Shown here in pieces: positions 12,381-24,891 of a stretch of DNA of 64,000 nucleotides. A program made the translations under genes and the position numbers. The DNA is from Octopus vulgaris (lineage: Eukaryota). The stretch spans positions 38,378,001 to 38,442,000 of the forward strand of contig OX597819.1 in assembly GCA_951406725.2 (NCBI GenBank), given 5' to 3'. The notes beneath the pieces are model-generated. The model was not told the origin of the DNA and ran no database searches. It saw nothing but the letters and a program-made list of their open reading frames with translations. How positions within the stretch are numbered: the first letter of the stretch is position 1; every line of letters begins with the position of its first letter.

Positions 12381-13710
12381 TAGGTCAGTATTTAGTTGTT
12401 ATATAGGGTAGATCAAGTAGCCAAGACAGTAGGTCACTTGACTGAATTCATCACATAATTTAATATCAACTTTCTGTATTCAACTTCTGTCAAACTCTAT
12501 GATGAATGTGCCTCAAATCCCATTAATTATACGATTTGTGTGGCATTGTTCCTAGGGATTTCTGTTCCTCACAGGATTATATGGTCTTTAAGGTTTACAC
12601 TGTTATCCATCCTTAAAATCTAAACAGCTCCAAAGAGATTTATTTGAGATAAGTCTTACCAGACGTTAAGGGCTTGTGTAAGCCATGGCACTGGTTCTTC
12701 CTCCAAAGCCAGTAAGTTAAAAAAAATTGTGTTGGTATGGCTGTATGGTTGGAAGTTCACTTGGCAACTGAATGGCTTTGGGTTCAGTCCTAATGCACAG
12801 CATCTTGGATGAGTCTCTTCTACTATACCTCCAGGCTAATACATGTGTGTCTGTATGTAATAGTTGTGTTTGTCCCAAATTGATTGACAGCTGGTGTTAG
12901 TTTGTTTACATTCTTGTAACTGAGTGGCTTAGCACAAAGACCCCAATATAAGCATTAGGCTTAAAATAAGCACTAAGGTCAGATTAATCAACTAAACCCT
13001 TCAAGGCAGAGCCTCAGCATAGCTACAGTTGAGTAAATGAAGCATGTAAAAGAATCAAAGAAACAGAATTGCAAAACTAGTTATAAACAGAAATGTCTGG
13101 AATATTGTATTTAAAAAGTTGGGGTTTTTTTTAAAACTAAATTTGACACTTTAAGCTGAATGTTAAAAGTGTAGAGGATTTTAGCAAATGAGCTATAACA
13201 TCATTTTGAAATATTTATATAGGAAAAAATACAAAAAAAACATGAAAACCTTTTAATTTTGGTTTCACTAAAATAACAAATTCACCAATATAGTTGAACA
13301 AGAAAGAACAAAATATTTGTGCACATGTTTAAAATATTTAAACTGTCAGTTAAAATCAAATATAATGAGATTATATAAAAAAAAAACCTTACTGTCATAA
13401 CAAGTCTGTTTGTTGATAGCATGCTGCTTATATTTGCCATTAGTTATTAAATTCATGATAATTGATAAAATCATTAAATATTTCAAAATAAAATTGGGTT
13501 TTTTACTGTTTATAATGAAAATATGTGTAAAGATGCAGGTATAGCTGTGTGTTTAAGAAGTTTGCTTAGAAACCATCTAGTTTTGAATTTGATTCTACTG
13601 CACAGCACATCATCTTTGACTAGTGTCTTTACTTGTAGCCTTGGGTTGATCAATACTTTCTAATTGGAACTTGAGAAATGGAAACTATGTAGAGGTTCTT
13701 TGTATGTAAA

Positions 13711-14093
13711 TCTCTTGACTCTTTTACTTGTTTCAGTTATTTGACTGCGGCCATGCTGGAGCACCGCCTTTAGTCGAGCAAATCGACCCCGGGACTTATT
13801 CTTTGTAATCCTAGTACTTATTCTATCGGTCTCTTTTGCCGAACCGCTAAGTGACGGGGATGTAAACACACCAGCATCGGTTGTCAAACACAGACACACA
13901 AACATATACACACATACATATATATATACATATATATGACAGGCTTCTTTCAGTTTCCGTCTACCAAATCCAGTCACAAGGCATTGGTCGGCCCGAGGCT
14001 ATAGCAGAAGACACTTGCCCAAGATGCCACGCAGTGGGACTGAACCCGGAACCATGTGGTTGGTAAGCAAGCTACTTACCACACAGCCACTCC
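13711..14093 (-). mobile_element. tRNA-derived SINE (most abundant family here; other copies at 21038-21357, 32168-32533, 37036-37400, partial at 26030-26190 and 39660-39820)
   Basis: Near-identical dispersed copies. Minus-strand head GGAGTGGCTGTGTGGTAAG...GGTTCAGTCCC (A/B boxes), internal CA/TA microsatellite, and a (GAGTAAAA)-like tail. Confidence 0.9.
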
Positions 14094-14539
14094 TATGTTG
14101 CATTCCTTTAAGTCCCATAACTAACTCAGTACCATCTTGTTTGTTTTTGTCTTTGTCCTTTGTCCATCCACTGATGATCTTCTCTTGAATCACATTTATT
14201 TCATGTTTGTATGTTCACTTTCTGTATTGCATATTCGTTTATCTTTTTGTTTGTTCACTTTCTTTTATGTTAAATTCCATTTGTTGGCTTACCATTTCCC
14301 AGCTGTTTCTTGCTGCCAGTGGCACCAGAGGGGATCTATATTATTTTTGAAGGTGCAAGATTGCGTTTGACCCACTGGCCAATAACTTATTAGGATTTGG
14401 CAGCCTTCTGTGTCTGTTTTCCTTTTGGTTTGTGCATTTATCATATGCTTTTGAGATTGAACTAAATAATGAGATATTGAACTAAATATCTAAATTTCTA
14501 TAGGATTTCTTTCCAAATAAATTTTTAGTCTAATTATGC

Positions 14540-14935
14540 TCAATCCCTTCATTCCTTATTGAACATAGGACTTCAATGACTTTTCTCCACTGTTCTCAAT
14601 TCTGGGCTGTCTTTTCTGCTCCTCTCCAGTTGGACCCTTGCTTTTTCATCACTGCCTCAGTATCGTACCTTCCCTGAGAAAAATCTTTCATCTTCCAGAT
14701 TTTCATTTTCAATTATCATCTATGCTTCTGTAATTTTGCTTTTTCACTAGATAGTTGTGTTGACCTTATGCATACCTACTTTTACAGTTAGGAAGAGGTA
14801 AACCATATTAGTCCATATTAGCCTCTATCCTTTAACTTGACTAGCATAGGAGGCCCTAACAGGAGCTTGCACTTCATTAGCATAACTCTCAGGGTCATTG
14901 AAGTGTATGAGTTACCTCGCTGCAACAAAGACTGG
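14540..14935 (-). mobile_element. old internally deleted RTE derivative (5' head joined to ORF C-terminus)
   Basis: Minus strand has ATGACCCTGAGAGTTATGCT...TAGGGCCTCC head. About 250 nt later it reads GSNWRGAEKTAQN*EQWRKVIEVLCSIRNEGD*, typical of RTE C-termini. Confidence 0.55.
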
Positions 14936-16058
14936 ACTTTGAAGTGGAATTATACTCATTGCATGTTGTTGTTTAGCTTTGAAAATTTTGAAGGTTTATG
15001 CATACTCACTTAAAAATGTCAAAATCTGTCTAAATTTCCAGGGCAACAGGGCTGTCAGACATTATTCAAACCTGAGGAAATGCAGACTCTCTATACATTG
15101 TTTCCTTGAGCAAAATACTTTATTTCACACTGTTCCAGTCCACTGAGCTGAAAATGAGTACCTGCAACAGCAGGAAGTTAACCATATAATGGACTGGTAT
15201 CTCATTCAATAGGGTGTATTGTATTCTTGGTCACTTATATAACTTGGAAACCAGAATAAGCTGTAACCTTATGATTTCAAAGGCTCATGACTGACCCATG
15301 ACTGCTTACACAGCCTGGATTGTCTTCCCATTGCTCTCTCACTCCTGCTCTCCCCCTCTCTCTCTCTCTCACACACACACATACACACACACACATGCAC
15401 ACACACACACATACACACAAACAACTTGATGCACTGACATTCATTCACAAATATTTCATAGCTGGCAGAACCATTAGCGCACTGGGCAAAATGCTTACTG
15501 GTATTTCATCCATCTTTACATTCTAAGTTCAAATCCCAACAAGGCCGACTTAGCCTTTCATCCATTTTGGGATTGATGAAATAGGTACCAGTTGAGACTG
15601 GTTTTGCTGTAATCAACTTATCCCCATCCCAAAATTGATGGCCTTGGGCCAAAATTTCAAACCAATAGTTTACAGCTGATCTATAATTGGCCTGGAAATT
15701 CTCTTTATCATCTCTACTACTTGTACAGTTGTAATTATTTCCTTCGGTTTTCTGTAAATGATTCCCAATTCAGCTCACTTGTAACTACTTTGTCAACTCT
15801 TGTCACATTGTCACTTAGATCCACAACTCATTACATTATTTCCCAATTCTATGTACATAACTCAGTTTTTCTCATTGTACTTGACTGACAACAGGGTCAC
15901 TGCTTATTATATTTTAAAGGATTAGTTTTGGGAACGCCATCATGGGGTAAGAGCATTTAAATTTGCTAGCATGATGGCAAAATGAATGTAAATTATGTAT
16001 GGAAAATACATGATATAATAAGATCAAATCATTTAACTCTGCCCTTCTATTACAAAGC

Positions 16059-16570
16059 AAAAATTTGGACTGGTATTTGAAGAAGATATAGATAATCTCA
16101 CTATTTCTAAATCTCACAATGTGAGATATTGAGCAACAGTGCTGTGTAGTAAAGATTGTTTGCCAACATGACATGGCAGTCTTGTTTTAGGATGAATGTT
16201 TCTGTAATTTAGCCCCAGGAGACATCGTCTCCAGCTGGCTATACAACACGATCTGTGTTCTTATATTTTCAAACAAGGGAATATAGCATGACTGCCATGT
16301 CATGTTGGCAAACAATCTTTACTACACAGCACTGTTGCTCAATATCTCATGTTGTGAGATTTAGAAATAGTGAGATTATCTATATCTTCTTCAAATACCA
16401 GTCCAAATTTTTCCCCAGAGTGGGGATGCTAGATTCCCTTGTTTGAAAATATAAGGACACAGATCGTGTTGTATAGCCAGCTGGAGACGATGTCTCCTGG
16501 GGCTAAATTACAGAAACATTCATCTTAAACCAGGACTGCAATGTCATGTTGGCAAACAATCTTTACTACA
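16059..16570. repeat. complex local inverted duplication (A-B-A'-spacer-B'-partial A')
   Basis: 16059-16181 is the reverse complement of 16290-16412; 16145-16289 is the reverse complement of 16426-16570; few mismatches. Confidence 0.92.
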
Positions 16571-16578
16571 ATAGATAA

Positions 16579-16795
16579 TCTTTTTTACTCTAGGCACAAT
16601 GCCTGAAATTTTGGGGGAGGGGGCCAGTCGCTTAGATCAACTCCAGTATGCAACTGGTACTTAATTTATCGACTCCAAAGGGATTAAAGGTAAAGTCGAC
16701 CTTGGTAGAATTTTAACTCAGAACATAAAGACAGACGAAATACTGCTAAGCATTTCGCCCGGCGTGCTAAAGTTTCTGCCAGCTCACTACCTTAA
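16579..16795 (-). mobile_element. SINE of the GAGCTGGCAGAA-head family
   Basis: Reverse complement of the family at 57067-57296. Confidence 0.8.
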
Positions 16796-17203
16796 GATAT
16801 AGATAATCAAATAAATGAATATTTTTATATTGTTCAGTTGAAAAGATAGCTAATCAATTGACGATTCTTATCTATTAATTTAAGGTTACTTCCTTCTTTC
16901 ATTGTCATGATAACCAATATAATTTTAATCTTCATTGTTATAGATTGACTTACATATTTCATTTGACCACATTTATTATTATTTCATTTGTTAATGACAA
17001 AAAAGTGGTCTTCATTATGTGATGGGTGCGGTCTTGTTGTATGTATCAGTTTAATTACTTTGGAAATATATGTTGTTTTCTCATTAAATCCATATTGTAT
17101 TAGTCCATATGAGTCCATCTTTTGGATTATAATGTTGTTAGTACTGAATTAAGATGAGCAGATATTTCGATCAGGACTATTTAAATCACAAATCTATTGC
17201 AAA

Positions 17204-17595
17204 TCTATATATATATAAAGCTGAAGTTGTCTGTGTGTGGCAGGTTTGGTAGCCTTTAACTAACACTATCTTCTTCGAGACCCTGTGGTGCAAGTTGACC
17301 AAAATTGAGAGTATGATAGAAGAAGGCTTGCTCTTCATTCTGTAGGAGATAAAATTCAAATCGGACCATGTTAAGACCAAAAATTATTTACATCATAAAG
17401 GTACTTCTTTTCTATGAAAATCCCTATTTTTAACGATTTTTTTGCTGCTGTATCGCCATTTTTTGGTGTATTTCAACCAGAAAAATATTCACTTAAAGAG
17501 AATAACAAGCTACATAATGCAAAATTTTTACTTTTCAAAAATTCCAATTCTAAAGGGTTGAAACAAACCCAAGCAACACCGGGCGATACTGCTAG
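17204..17595 (+). mobile_element. non-autonomous Helitron
   Basis: 5' TC followed by TATATATATAAAG, 3' CTAG, inserted between A and T with no TSD. Decayed subterminal hairpin CCC..GGG at 17568-17583. Confidence 0.8.
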
Positions 17596-18234
17596 TTATA
17601 CATATATTTGTCAATATTGACGTTTACATCATATTAGAAAATTCACTTAACTCATTAAAATCAGTTTGTTAGTACAATAACATTCTTAAATATATATAAA
17701 AATTGATCCAAATGATCAGACTCATTTTCCCCTGTATACAGTATCATCCATACCCCTATACAATCTTTAATTAATTTAGATTTCAGAGTTGTTTCCCTTG
17801 CCTTTTTTGTCAAGGATTATAATTAACACCTATGATATTTCTTTTCATTGCCAGCATAATTTTAGTTGGTTAAAAAATGTATGGGCTTACTACATAAAGT
17901 GTATTAAACCTCCCCCATTTAACTAAATGATTGAAGTAATGACTAAAACTCTTTTCTCTTTCATGATGAAAATTGATTATAGAATTTTCTACTTGCTTCC
18001 AAGAGTTAATACTCCACACTAATATTGATTGCATATTGTTTATTTTTTTTTTTTCTTTAATTTCATCTTAAGTTATGCTACTGATAATTAGCTAACATAT
18101 AACATTAATGATATTAATGATGAGAAACTTCTGTCTTTTAGCCTGTTTCATTCCATTTACTAATGTGACCTTTAAAGTCATAAAACTATTTACTCCAGTT
18201 GAGAAGAAAATTTATTTTTGATTTTAATCTTTAG

Positions 18235-18343
18235 GTACATTCTGAAAACAGCAACAACAACAATAACGTGCACTCAACAACTAATATAAATAGAAGTCTG
18301 CATCATCGCCAAAATTCTCCATTTAAACGACATTCCTACCCTG
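18235..18343 (+). CDS. espn: espin/forked-like gene, internal exon (N/H/S-rich linker)
   Basis: ctttag acceptor and strong CTG|gtaagt donor. 109 nt, phase 0 to 1. Reads VHSENSNNNNNVHSTTNINRSLHHRQNSPFKRHSYP; phases match both neighbouring exons. Confidence 0.75.
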
Positions 18344-18561
18344 GTAAGTATATGTATTTATTCAGTGGCTTATCTGTTTTGTTTTTGTTTTTTTAGCTAC
18401 ACAAGTTAGATATGTGTTGACACCAATATAGAAACTAAGTGTTTATTGTTGATAATTTCTGTAATGAAGCTAGAATGGCAGAATTGGTTGGGCAACAAAC
18501 AATATGCGGCATGGTCATTAGTTAAATCCTTTTATGTTTTGAGTTCAAATCCTGCTGTTAG

Positions 18562-19660
18562 GCATGATCAGATGATGAATATTCTCTTGTGGAATTTCTT
18601 GCCAAGTTTCATGCAGTAATCTCAAAAGATCTAGCTTTGAAGATGCTTTCTTGTTCTTTTTATGAAGTGTCTTGTCCATTATGTCCCAGAAGAGTTCAAT
18701 AGGGTCCATATCTGGTGACTGGTTTGGCCATGGAAGCTTTTTAATGCCATTCTCATCCAACAAATCTTGGGTCTTTTACCCGTGTGACAAGAAGCCCCAT
18801 CTTCCATAAATAAAGAGTCTTCTTTAATCATTTCACCACAGGAGAAGGTTCGAAGGAGTCCTTTCTGCAATATGGATATGTATTTATCTGAGTTTATGTT
18901 CCTCTCACACTCCATCAGCTCTGATCAACTATTGCTTCAAATTGCTCCTCAGACCATGTTTCATTATTGGCTGCAATCTTTGCACATCGAATTCTTGATC
19001 ACAGAGTCTCCAGACCTACACTCGACTACTGTCAAGAAATACAGCAAATCTGGACTCAACAGAGAATATAACAGTGTCCCAAAATGCTAGTGGCCTCTCC
19101 ACCATCTTACAGGCTCAATTTATTCTCCATTTGATGTTGGCTAGTCAAAGAAATGGCTTCTTTCTTGCTGCTCTGCCATAGTAACCAAGTTTGTGGAGAT
19201 ACCTAACAGCTGTTCTGGGACTGACATCAACTTGTTCTGCTATGTCAGAGGCCTTGCAACAAAGATTATCCTCCACACTTCTCTTAACAAAGAGAAGGGT
19301 CCTGTCAGAGGGCCCTAGTTGATCTGCATGAAGCGATGTGGACTCCTTCCCCTCTCTAGTGAATTGCACAATCACTCTATTAACTGTAGCAAGTGGGATC
19401 CCAAGGTTTTCTGCAATTTTACATTGATTGTGTCCACCTGCAGAAAACCCACAATGTAGCCTGTTTGAAATTCAAATAGTTCCAAGGTTTCTTTTGTACA
19501 TGACATGATTAAAGTCACATATAGAAGCTGAAGCATAAAAATGACAATTAATACAAACTGTAAACCTTTACAAGTTAGAATAAGCATAAAACAACGTTTT
19601 ATGGTGTGTCTATTTACTTCTGTCATGCCTGTTGTATAACTATCTTTTATTTTCACCAAA
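18562..19660 (-). mobile_element. Tc1/mariner-superfamily (Tc1-like) transposase pseudogene
   Basis: Frameshifted ORFs 19372..19659, 19145..19375 ([16 protein letters not shown]), 18679..18915 (INSDKYISIL, FMEDGASCH) and 18545..18763 (WPNQSPDMDPIELFW). TIRs not identified. Confidence 0.9.
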
Positions 19661-19774
19661 TCTCTTCAACATCCTTCTCCCTGACATAGATGACAATATG
19701 TTCCATTCCCAAGAAGGACAACCTCTCTGATCCACCCTAGCTACTGATTTACTGCTCTGTTTTCCAATATCTTG

Positions 19775-20108
19775 AAGGCACATGGCTCAGTGGTTAGAGT
19801 GTCGAGCTTACGATTGTGAGGTTGTGAGCTCAAATCCCGGACCGGGCTGCGTGTTGTGTTCTTGAGCAAGACACTTTATTTCACGTTGCTCCAGTTAGCT
19901 CAGCTGTAGAAATGAGTTGCGACGTCATGGGTGCCAAGCTGTATCGGCTGCTGCCTTTCCCTTGGATAACACTGGTGGCATGGAGAGGAGAGGCCGGTAT
20001 GCATGGGCAACTGCTGGTCTTCCATAAACCACCATGCCCAGACTTGTGACTAGGACGATAACTTTCTAGGTGCAATCCCATGGTCAGTGTCATGACCGAA
20101 GGGGGTCC
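19775..20108 (+). mobile_element. tRNA-derived SINE
   Basis: TGGCTCAGTGG A box and B-box-like GCTCAAATCCC. Core TTGTGTTCTTGAGCAAGACACTTTATTTCACGTTGCTCCAG is shared with other copies (39357, 51195, and 45600 on the minus strand). Confidence 0.8.
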
Positions 20109-21206
20109 CGAAAGGTGCTGGAAAATAATCATCTCTTTTATCACTTACAATTTCTCCTCCTTACTGTCTGTTAGGACAGTTTCTATAGAATCAGGTCTAT
20201 CAGAGACCTCTCATATCACACATTAGTAGTCTCTCATTTTGAGAACATTGATGAAATTAAAATTGATGCAAAGCCTTTGACTATTATTAGCATAAATTTA
20301 TTGCTAAGCTGCAAGTCCATGAAATCCATCTGTTATCTCCTGGATTGGAGGCGTCTGTCAGACTTCATTGCTGTGTTCATAGACAAAGCTCTCTCTAATC
20401 AACATGTTATCAACTCTGGTGTACACGTAGAGTTCATTCGGTCTCTTACACTCTTCTTTCTATAGATTAATTATCTATATACTATTATTGCTAACTACAT
20501 ACACTTCTATGCAGATAACCCCATTATTTATGCATCATTAAATTTACCACTTACAGGAGTCATCCACATTCAATCTAGGCACCTTTTATCAAATGTACAC
20601 TGTTTCTATGAACAGAAACATAGTAAATCACACTATAGTGGAATCACAACACTAAGATACAATCACTATACCTATCTATGAACCAATTAGAGAGCCTCAA
20701 TGTGGACACTGACTTGCTAGAAACAGTTGCTAAGTTTGGCCTGAATTATGTCCTACCATCTTAGAAATGGAAGTTCCTTGGATAATGTAGTTATGGGCGG
20801 CTCTTACTCAGCACCACAATGCTTACAAGCCCATCATCCAAACCACAAAAGATCGATTCATTCATTGCACATCACACAAGTTTTTTCTACCTTCCAAACT
20901 GCAGTCAATCTACAAAACCTAAATGAAGCCCTCAATGGTGTATTGCTTTCACATCTGGTACAGCTGCTGTTGCACAGAGAGACATCTTAGGTTCCATCCA
21001 GAAAAGGACTACTCAACTTATATATATACATACATATTCTTTTATTCTTTTACTTGTTTCAGTCATCTGACTGTGGCCATGCTGGAGCATCACCTTTTTT
21101 GTCGAACAAATCGACCCCAGGACTTATTCTTTGTAAGCCTAGTACTTATTCTATTGGTCTTTTTACTGAAACACTAAGTTACAGAGACAAACACACCAAC
21201 ATACAA

Positions 21207-21239
<33 letters not shown>

Positions 21240-21394
21240 CATATACAACGGGCTTTTTTCAGTTTCCGTCTACCAAATCCAATCACAAGGCTTTAATTGG
21301 CCCAAGGCTATAGTAGAAGACACTTGCCCAAGGTTCCACGCAGTGGGACTGAACCCACATATATACATATATACAAACATGTATATACATACAT

Positions 21395-21716
21395 AGTGAA
21401 ATAGAAATGAAAGTATTAAAAGTGAAACCATTGAAAGTGAAACAAAATAAAAGTGAAACTATTAGATCACATTACAACAGAGATGTTATTTTTTCACTTT
21501 TGGCACGTAATACTGAAACAGTGTAAGAGATCGCTCTGGGCTTGCATTAGGTAAGAAGTTTAAAAGTTTTCTTGCCCATGACACTCAATGGACCCTAAGT
21601 AATGCATGTATAAAATTTGAATGAAATCGGTTGAGTAATTCTTGAGTTTTAGTGATGCACACATACACACAGATAGACAGACACATACATTCTCAGTTTT
21701 ATATATATATATAAGA
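21395..21716 (-). mobile_element. Helitron-like element (5' end clear, 3' end not identified)
   Basis: Minus strand starts TCTTATATATATATATAAAACTGAGAATG, then (GTCT/GT)n and ACTCAACCGATTTCATTCAAATTT, like short non-autonomous Helitrons. Confidence 0.6.
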
Positions 21717-21727
21717 TATGTATAAAC

Positions 21728-22147
21728 CAGCGTCGCCTTACTGGCACTTGTACCTGTGCTAGTAGGGTGCCAAGAACACGATCCGAGTGTGATCGTTGCC
21801 AGAGCAGCCAACTGGCTTCCGTGCCAGTGGCATGTAAAAGGGCACCATTCGAGCGTGATCGTTACCAAAGTCGCCTTACTGGCACCTGTGCTGGTGGCAT
21901 GTGTAAAAGGATTCAAGCGAGGTCGTTGCCAGTACCGCCTGACTGGCCCCGTGCCAGTGGCACGTAAAAAGCACCCACTACACTCTCAGAGTGGTTGGCG
22001 TTAGGAAGGGCATCCAGCTGTAGAAACTCTGCCAAATCAAGACTGGAGCCTGGTTCAACCATCTGGTTCGCCAGCCCTTAGTCAAAATCGTCCAACCCAT
22101 GCTAGCATGGAAAGCGGATGTTAAACAATGATGATGATGATGATGAT
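21728..22147 (+). mobile_element. 5'-truncated RTE LINE 3' UTR copy with internal tandem repeats and (GAT)n tail
   Basis: Matches the 3' UTR of 59677-60608; CCATGCTAGCATGG palindrome precedes the tail. Confidence 0.8.
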
Positions 22148-23471
22148 AAACATGTATGACTGCATGACTTAGAAACAGTTTACATGAATGACTTACATTA
22201 CTATATGCTTTTACGCATATCTATTTAGAATTTCTTTCTTGAGTCTCCTGTATATTATAATACACTTTTATATTCTTCATTAAATTTATTCTTTAAAAAA
22301 ATAAATTTATTTAGTTATATAAATCAAGACTTATTTTCCAATTCTGTAATAACTTTCAATCATTTTACAGTAATGCATTAAAAACCCTCATGTAGTGAAA
22401 GTGAATTAACAAGTGCCAATAATTTTTGTTGCTGTGAAGAGTGAAAATTCTTGATATTTCAGGCACAGATCCCTAAACCTCATGGGAACTAAACTTATTG
22501 ACATGTACATTCTGGCATTTTATTAAGATTGTTGTCAACACAGATTTTCTGCAGTTTCCTCAGATTTCAAATTTTACTCTTAATCAATATAAAGCACTTA
22601 CATTTTTCATTACTTGAAAACCATATTTGTTTCTTCTGCCTTGTGGTAAGAGCAACATTTTATTTTTAGCACTGCTTGTTGCCATAATTTGATTATCAAA
22701 TGACAGTTTGCAGATTTGTAATTTTAATACAAACTTTCTGAAAGATTATATTATCTCATTCTCTCCCTAATGGAAATTTTCAACCAGTCAAGAGTGGCTA
22801 ACTGCAACCTAAATGCAGAATAATTGGTTTTAAATATAGTTTGTTTTGTTTTGTTTTTGCTTTTGTTCTTGTTCTGTTTTTCTTCACTGGAGTGAAAAAA
22901 TAATGAGATGAAAGTGCCAAACCAAGCAACAGCAAGATTTGTTTGAACTGATAACAGCCATTCAGGGAATGTATAGAGTTTTGTTCTGTAATTAAACTTT
23001 GCTGCAATAATAAAGAAACTAGTACCAGTTTGAGTTTGCAAACTAGCTAATAATGTGTGTGTGTGTGTGTGTGTCTTTATTTGAAGGTATGTGGCCTGGT
23101 GATTAGGTTGTTGTATTCATTATCACAAGATCGTGATTTCAATCCTGACTGAGTGGTGCATTGTATTCTTGCTTCTTCATTTCACAATGTTTCAGTCCAC
23201 TCAGCTGTAAATGAATAACCTTGTGATGGACTGGTGTCCCATTCTTGGAATAATGCTGGGATCTTGGTTACTTATATGCCATGAAAACTGGATTTTCAGA
23301 ACTATGAGTTCTAGGACTTAAGACAGCAATGCCCAAGGATTTGCTTTCTATCTAGGCACAGGTGTGGCTGTGTGGTAAGAAGTTTGCTTCCCAACCACAT
23401 GGTCTTGTGAGTGTATTTGGCAGACAGAAACTGAAAGTAGCCTGTTGTATTTATATGCATGTGTATGTATA

Positions 23472-23517
<46 letters not shown>

Positions 23518-23522
<5 letters not shown>

Positions 23523-23642
23523 TAAATTAGAGATAAAACCACTATTAGGCAACTCAATTTAATTTATATTTATACTGTGAAATTTGATTTAATCCTAAAT
23601 CTAATTTTTCCCTGTAAGTTTGGATATACTCCCTAATATTAT

Positions 23643-23645
<3 letters not shown>
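23518..23645. mobile_element. unclassified short repeat embedded in (TA)n; second copy at 33988-34155
   Basis: Both copies share AAATTAGAGAT.AAACCACTATTA.GCAACTCAA and TGTGAAATTTGATTTAAT...CCCTGTAAGTTTG...TACTCCCTAATATTA, with (TA)n on both sides. Confidence 0.7.
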
Positions 23646-23684
<39 letters not shown>

Positions 23685-24061
23685 CATATATATATACACA
23701 CTCATGTTTCCCAATGGGGCTGTTTAAACTTTTGGCATTTAAACAGCTATATTTGCCAAAATATTCTACCTGTTTTATGTACCAACTGGCCAGATCTGAC
23801 CTATTACTCCTATCCTACAATTTCATCCTAAAAATAAACAATCATATCATTGAAATCCTATAGTTACAAGAGAATTCTTAGTTTATTCAAAACAATTTGA
23901 ATAATTAAGCATTACATTCAACAGAGTAATCTGAATACTGAAGTGTTAGAATGTCACCTTCATTATATTAAAACCATCAATTCTTAAACTAACCTGCTTG
24001 ACGGGCTCATAGAACTGACCCCTTTGCTTATCTGTTAATTGAAATTTCTTAGGAAAAGTAG

Positions 24062-24490
24062 ATGTCATGGATACTGAACCATCTGGAAACCGCAGTTGTG
24101 ATCCCTGTGCCGGTGGCACGTAAAAAGCACCATCCGAATGTGGCCGATACCAGCGCCACCTAGACTGGCTTCCGTGCCGGGGGCACGTAAAAAGCACCAT
24201 CCAAACGTGGCCAATGCCAGCTTCGCCTTGACTGGCTTCCATGCCCGTGGCACGTAAAAAGCACAAATCCGATCGTGGCCGTTGCCAGCCTCGCCTGGTA
24301 CGTAAAAAGCACCCACTACACTCATGGAGTGGTTGGCGTTAGGAAGGGCATCCAGCTGTAGAAACACTGCCAGATCAGACTGGAGCCTGGTGCAGCCTTC
24401 TGGCTTCCCAGATCCCCAGTCGAACCGTTCAACCCATGCTAGCATGGAGAATGGACGTTAAATGATGATGATGATGATGATGATGATGAT
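24062..24490 (+). mobile_element. 5'-truncated RTE LINE 3' UTR copy
   Basis: Four GG(C/T)ACGTAAAAAGCAC units, a conserved terminal segment and a (GAT)n tail. Confidence 0.8.
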
Positions 24491-24620
24491 AAGAGAATGG
24501 AGGGAACATCACCTTTCGAGTAACTCAGGATAGGTAAAGGTAAGCTTGCCAAAGTTTAATGCAGTTTAAATATGTAGATTTAGATAGTTTGGTATTGGAT
24601 ATTCATCATGTACAGTGTTC

Positions 24621-24891
24621 CTAGTCAATTGAATCACCTTTGTAGGTGGACAGTGGAAATAAATAGACAAAATCCTTTCACTTTTATGAAAAGATTAAAA
24701 ACATATGGAAATCCTACATACAAAAAACTATTTCCACTTACATGGGAGCTCTGGGCAAAATGTTATAATGCATGATCATCCTTGGGATATAAGTAATGTG
24801 TACATAAAGATTGGTGAAAATCGGTTGAGAATTGTGGAAATGTATGCGTTAGTCATTATACATGCACATACTGCTATTTATATATACTAGA
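24621..24891 (-). mobile_element. old non-autonomous Helitron
   Basis: Minus-strand 5' TCTAGTATATATAAATAG and CTCAACCGATTTTCACC motif. Hairpin CACCT-ttgt-AGGTG lies 10 nt from CTAG at 24621-24624; the flanking base is not the canonical one. Confidence 0.5.

Noticed and set aside
21728-24490. Repeat-spacer-like GGCACGTAAAAAGCAC arrays and their ORFs
   Set aside because: They are internal tandem repeats of an RTE 3' UTR; the intervening parts are homologous to each other.
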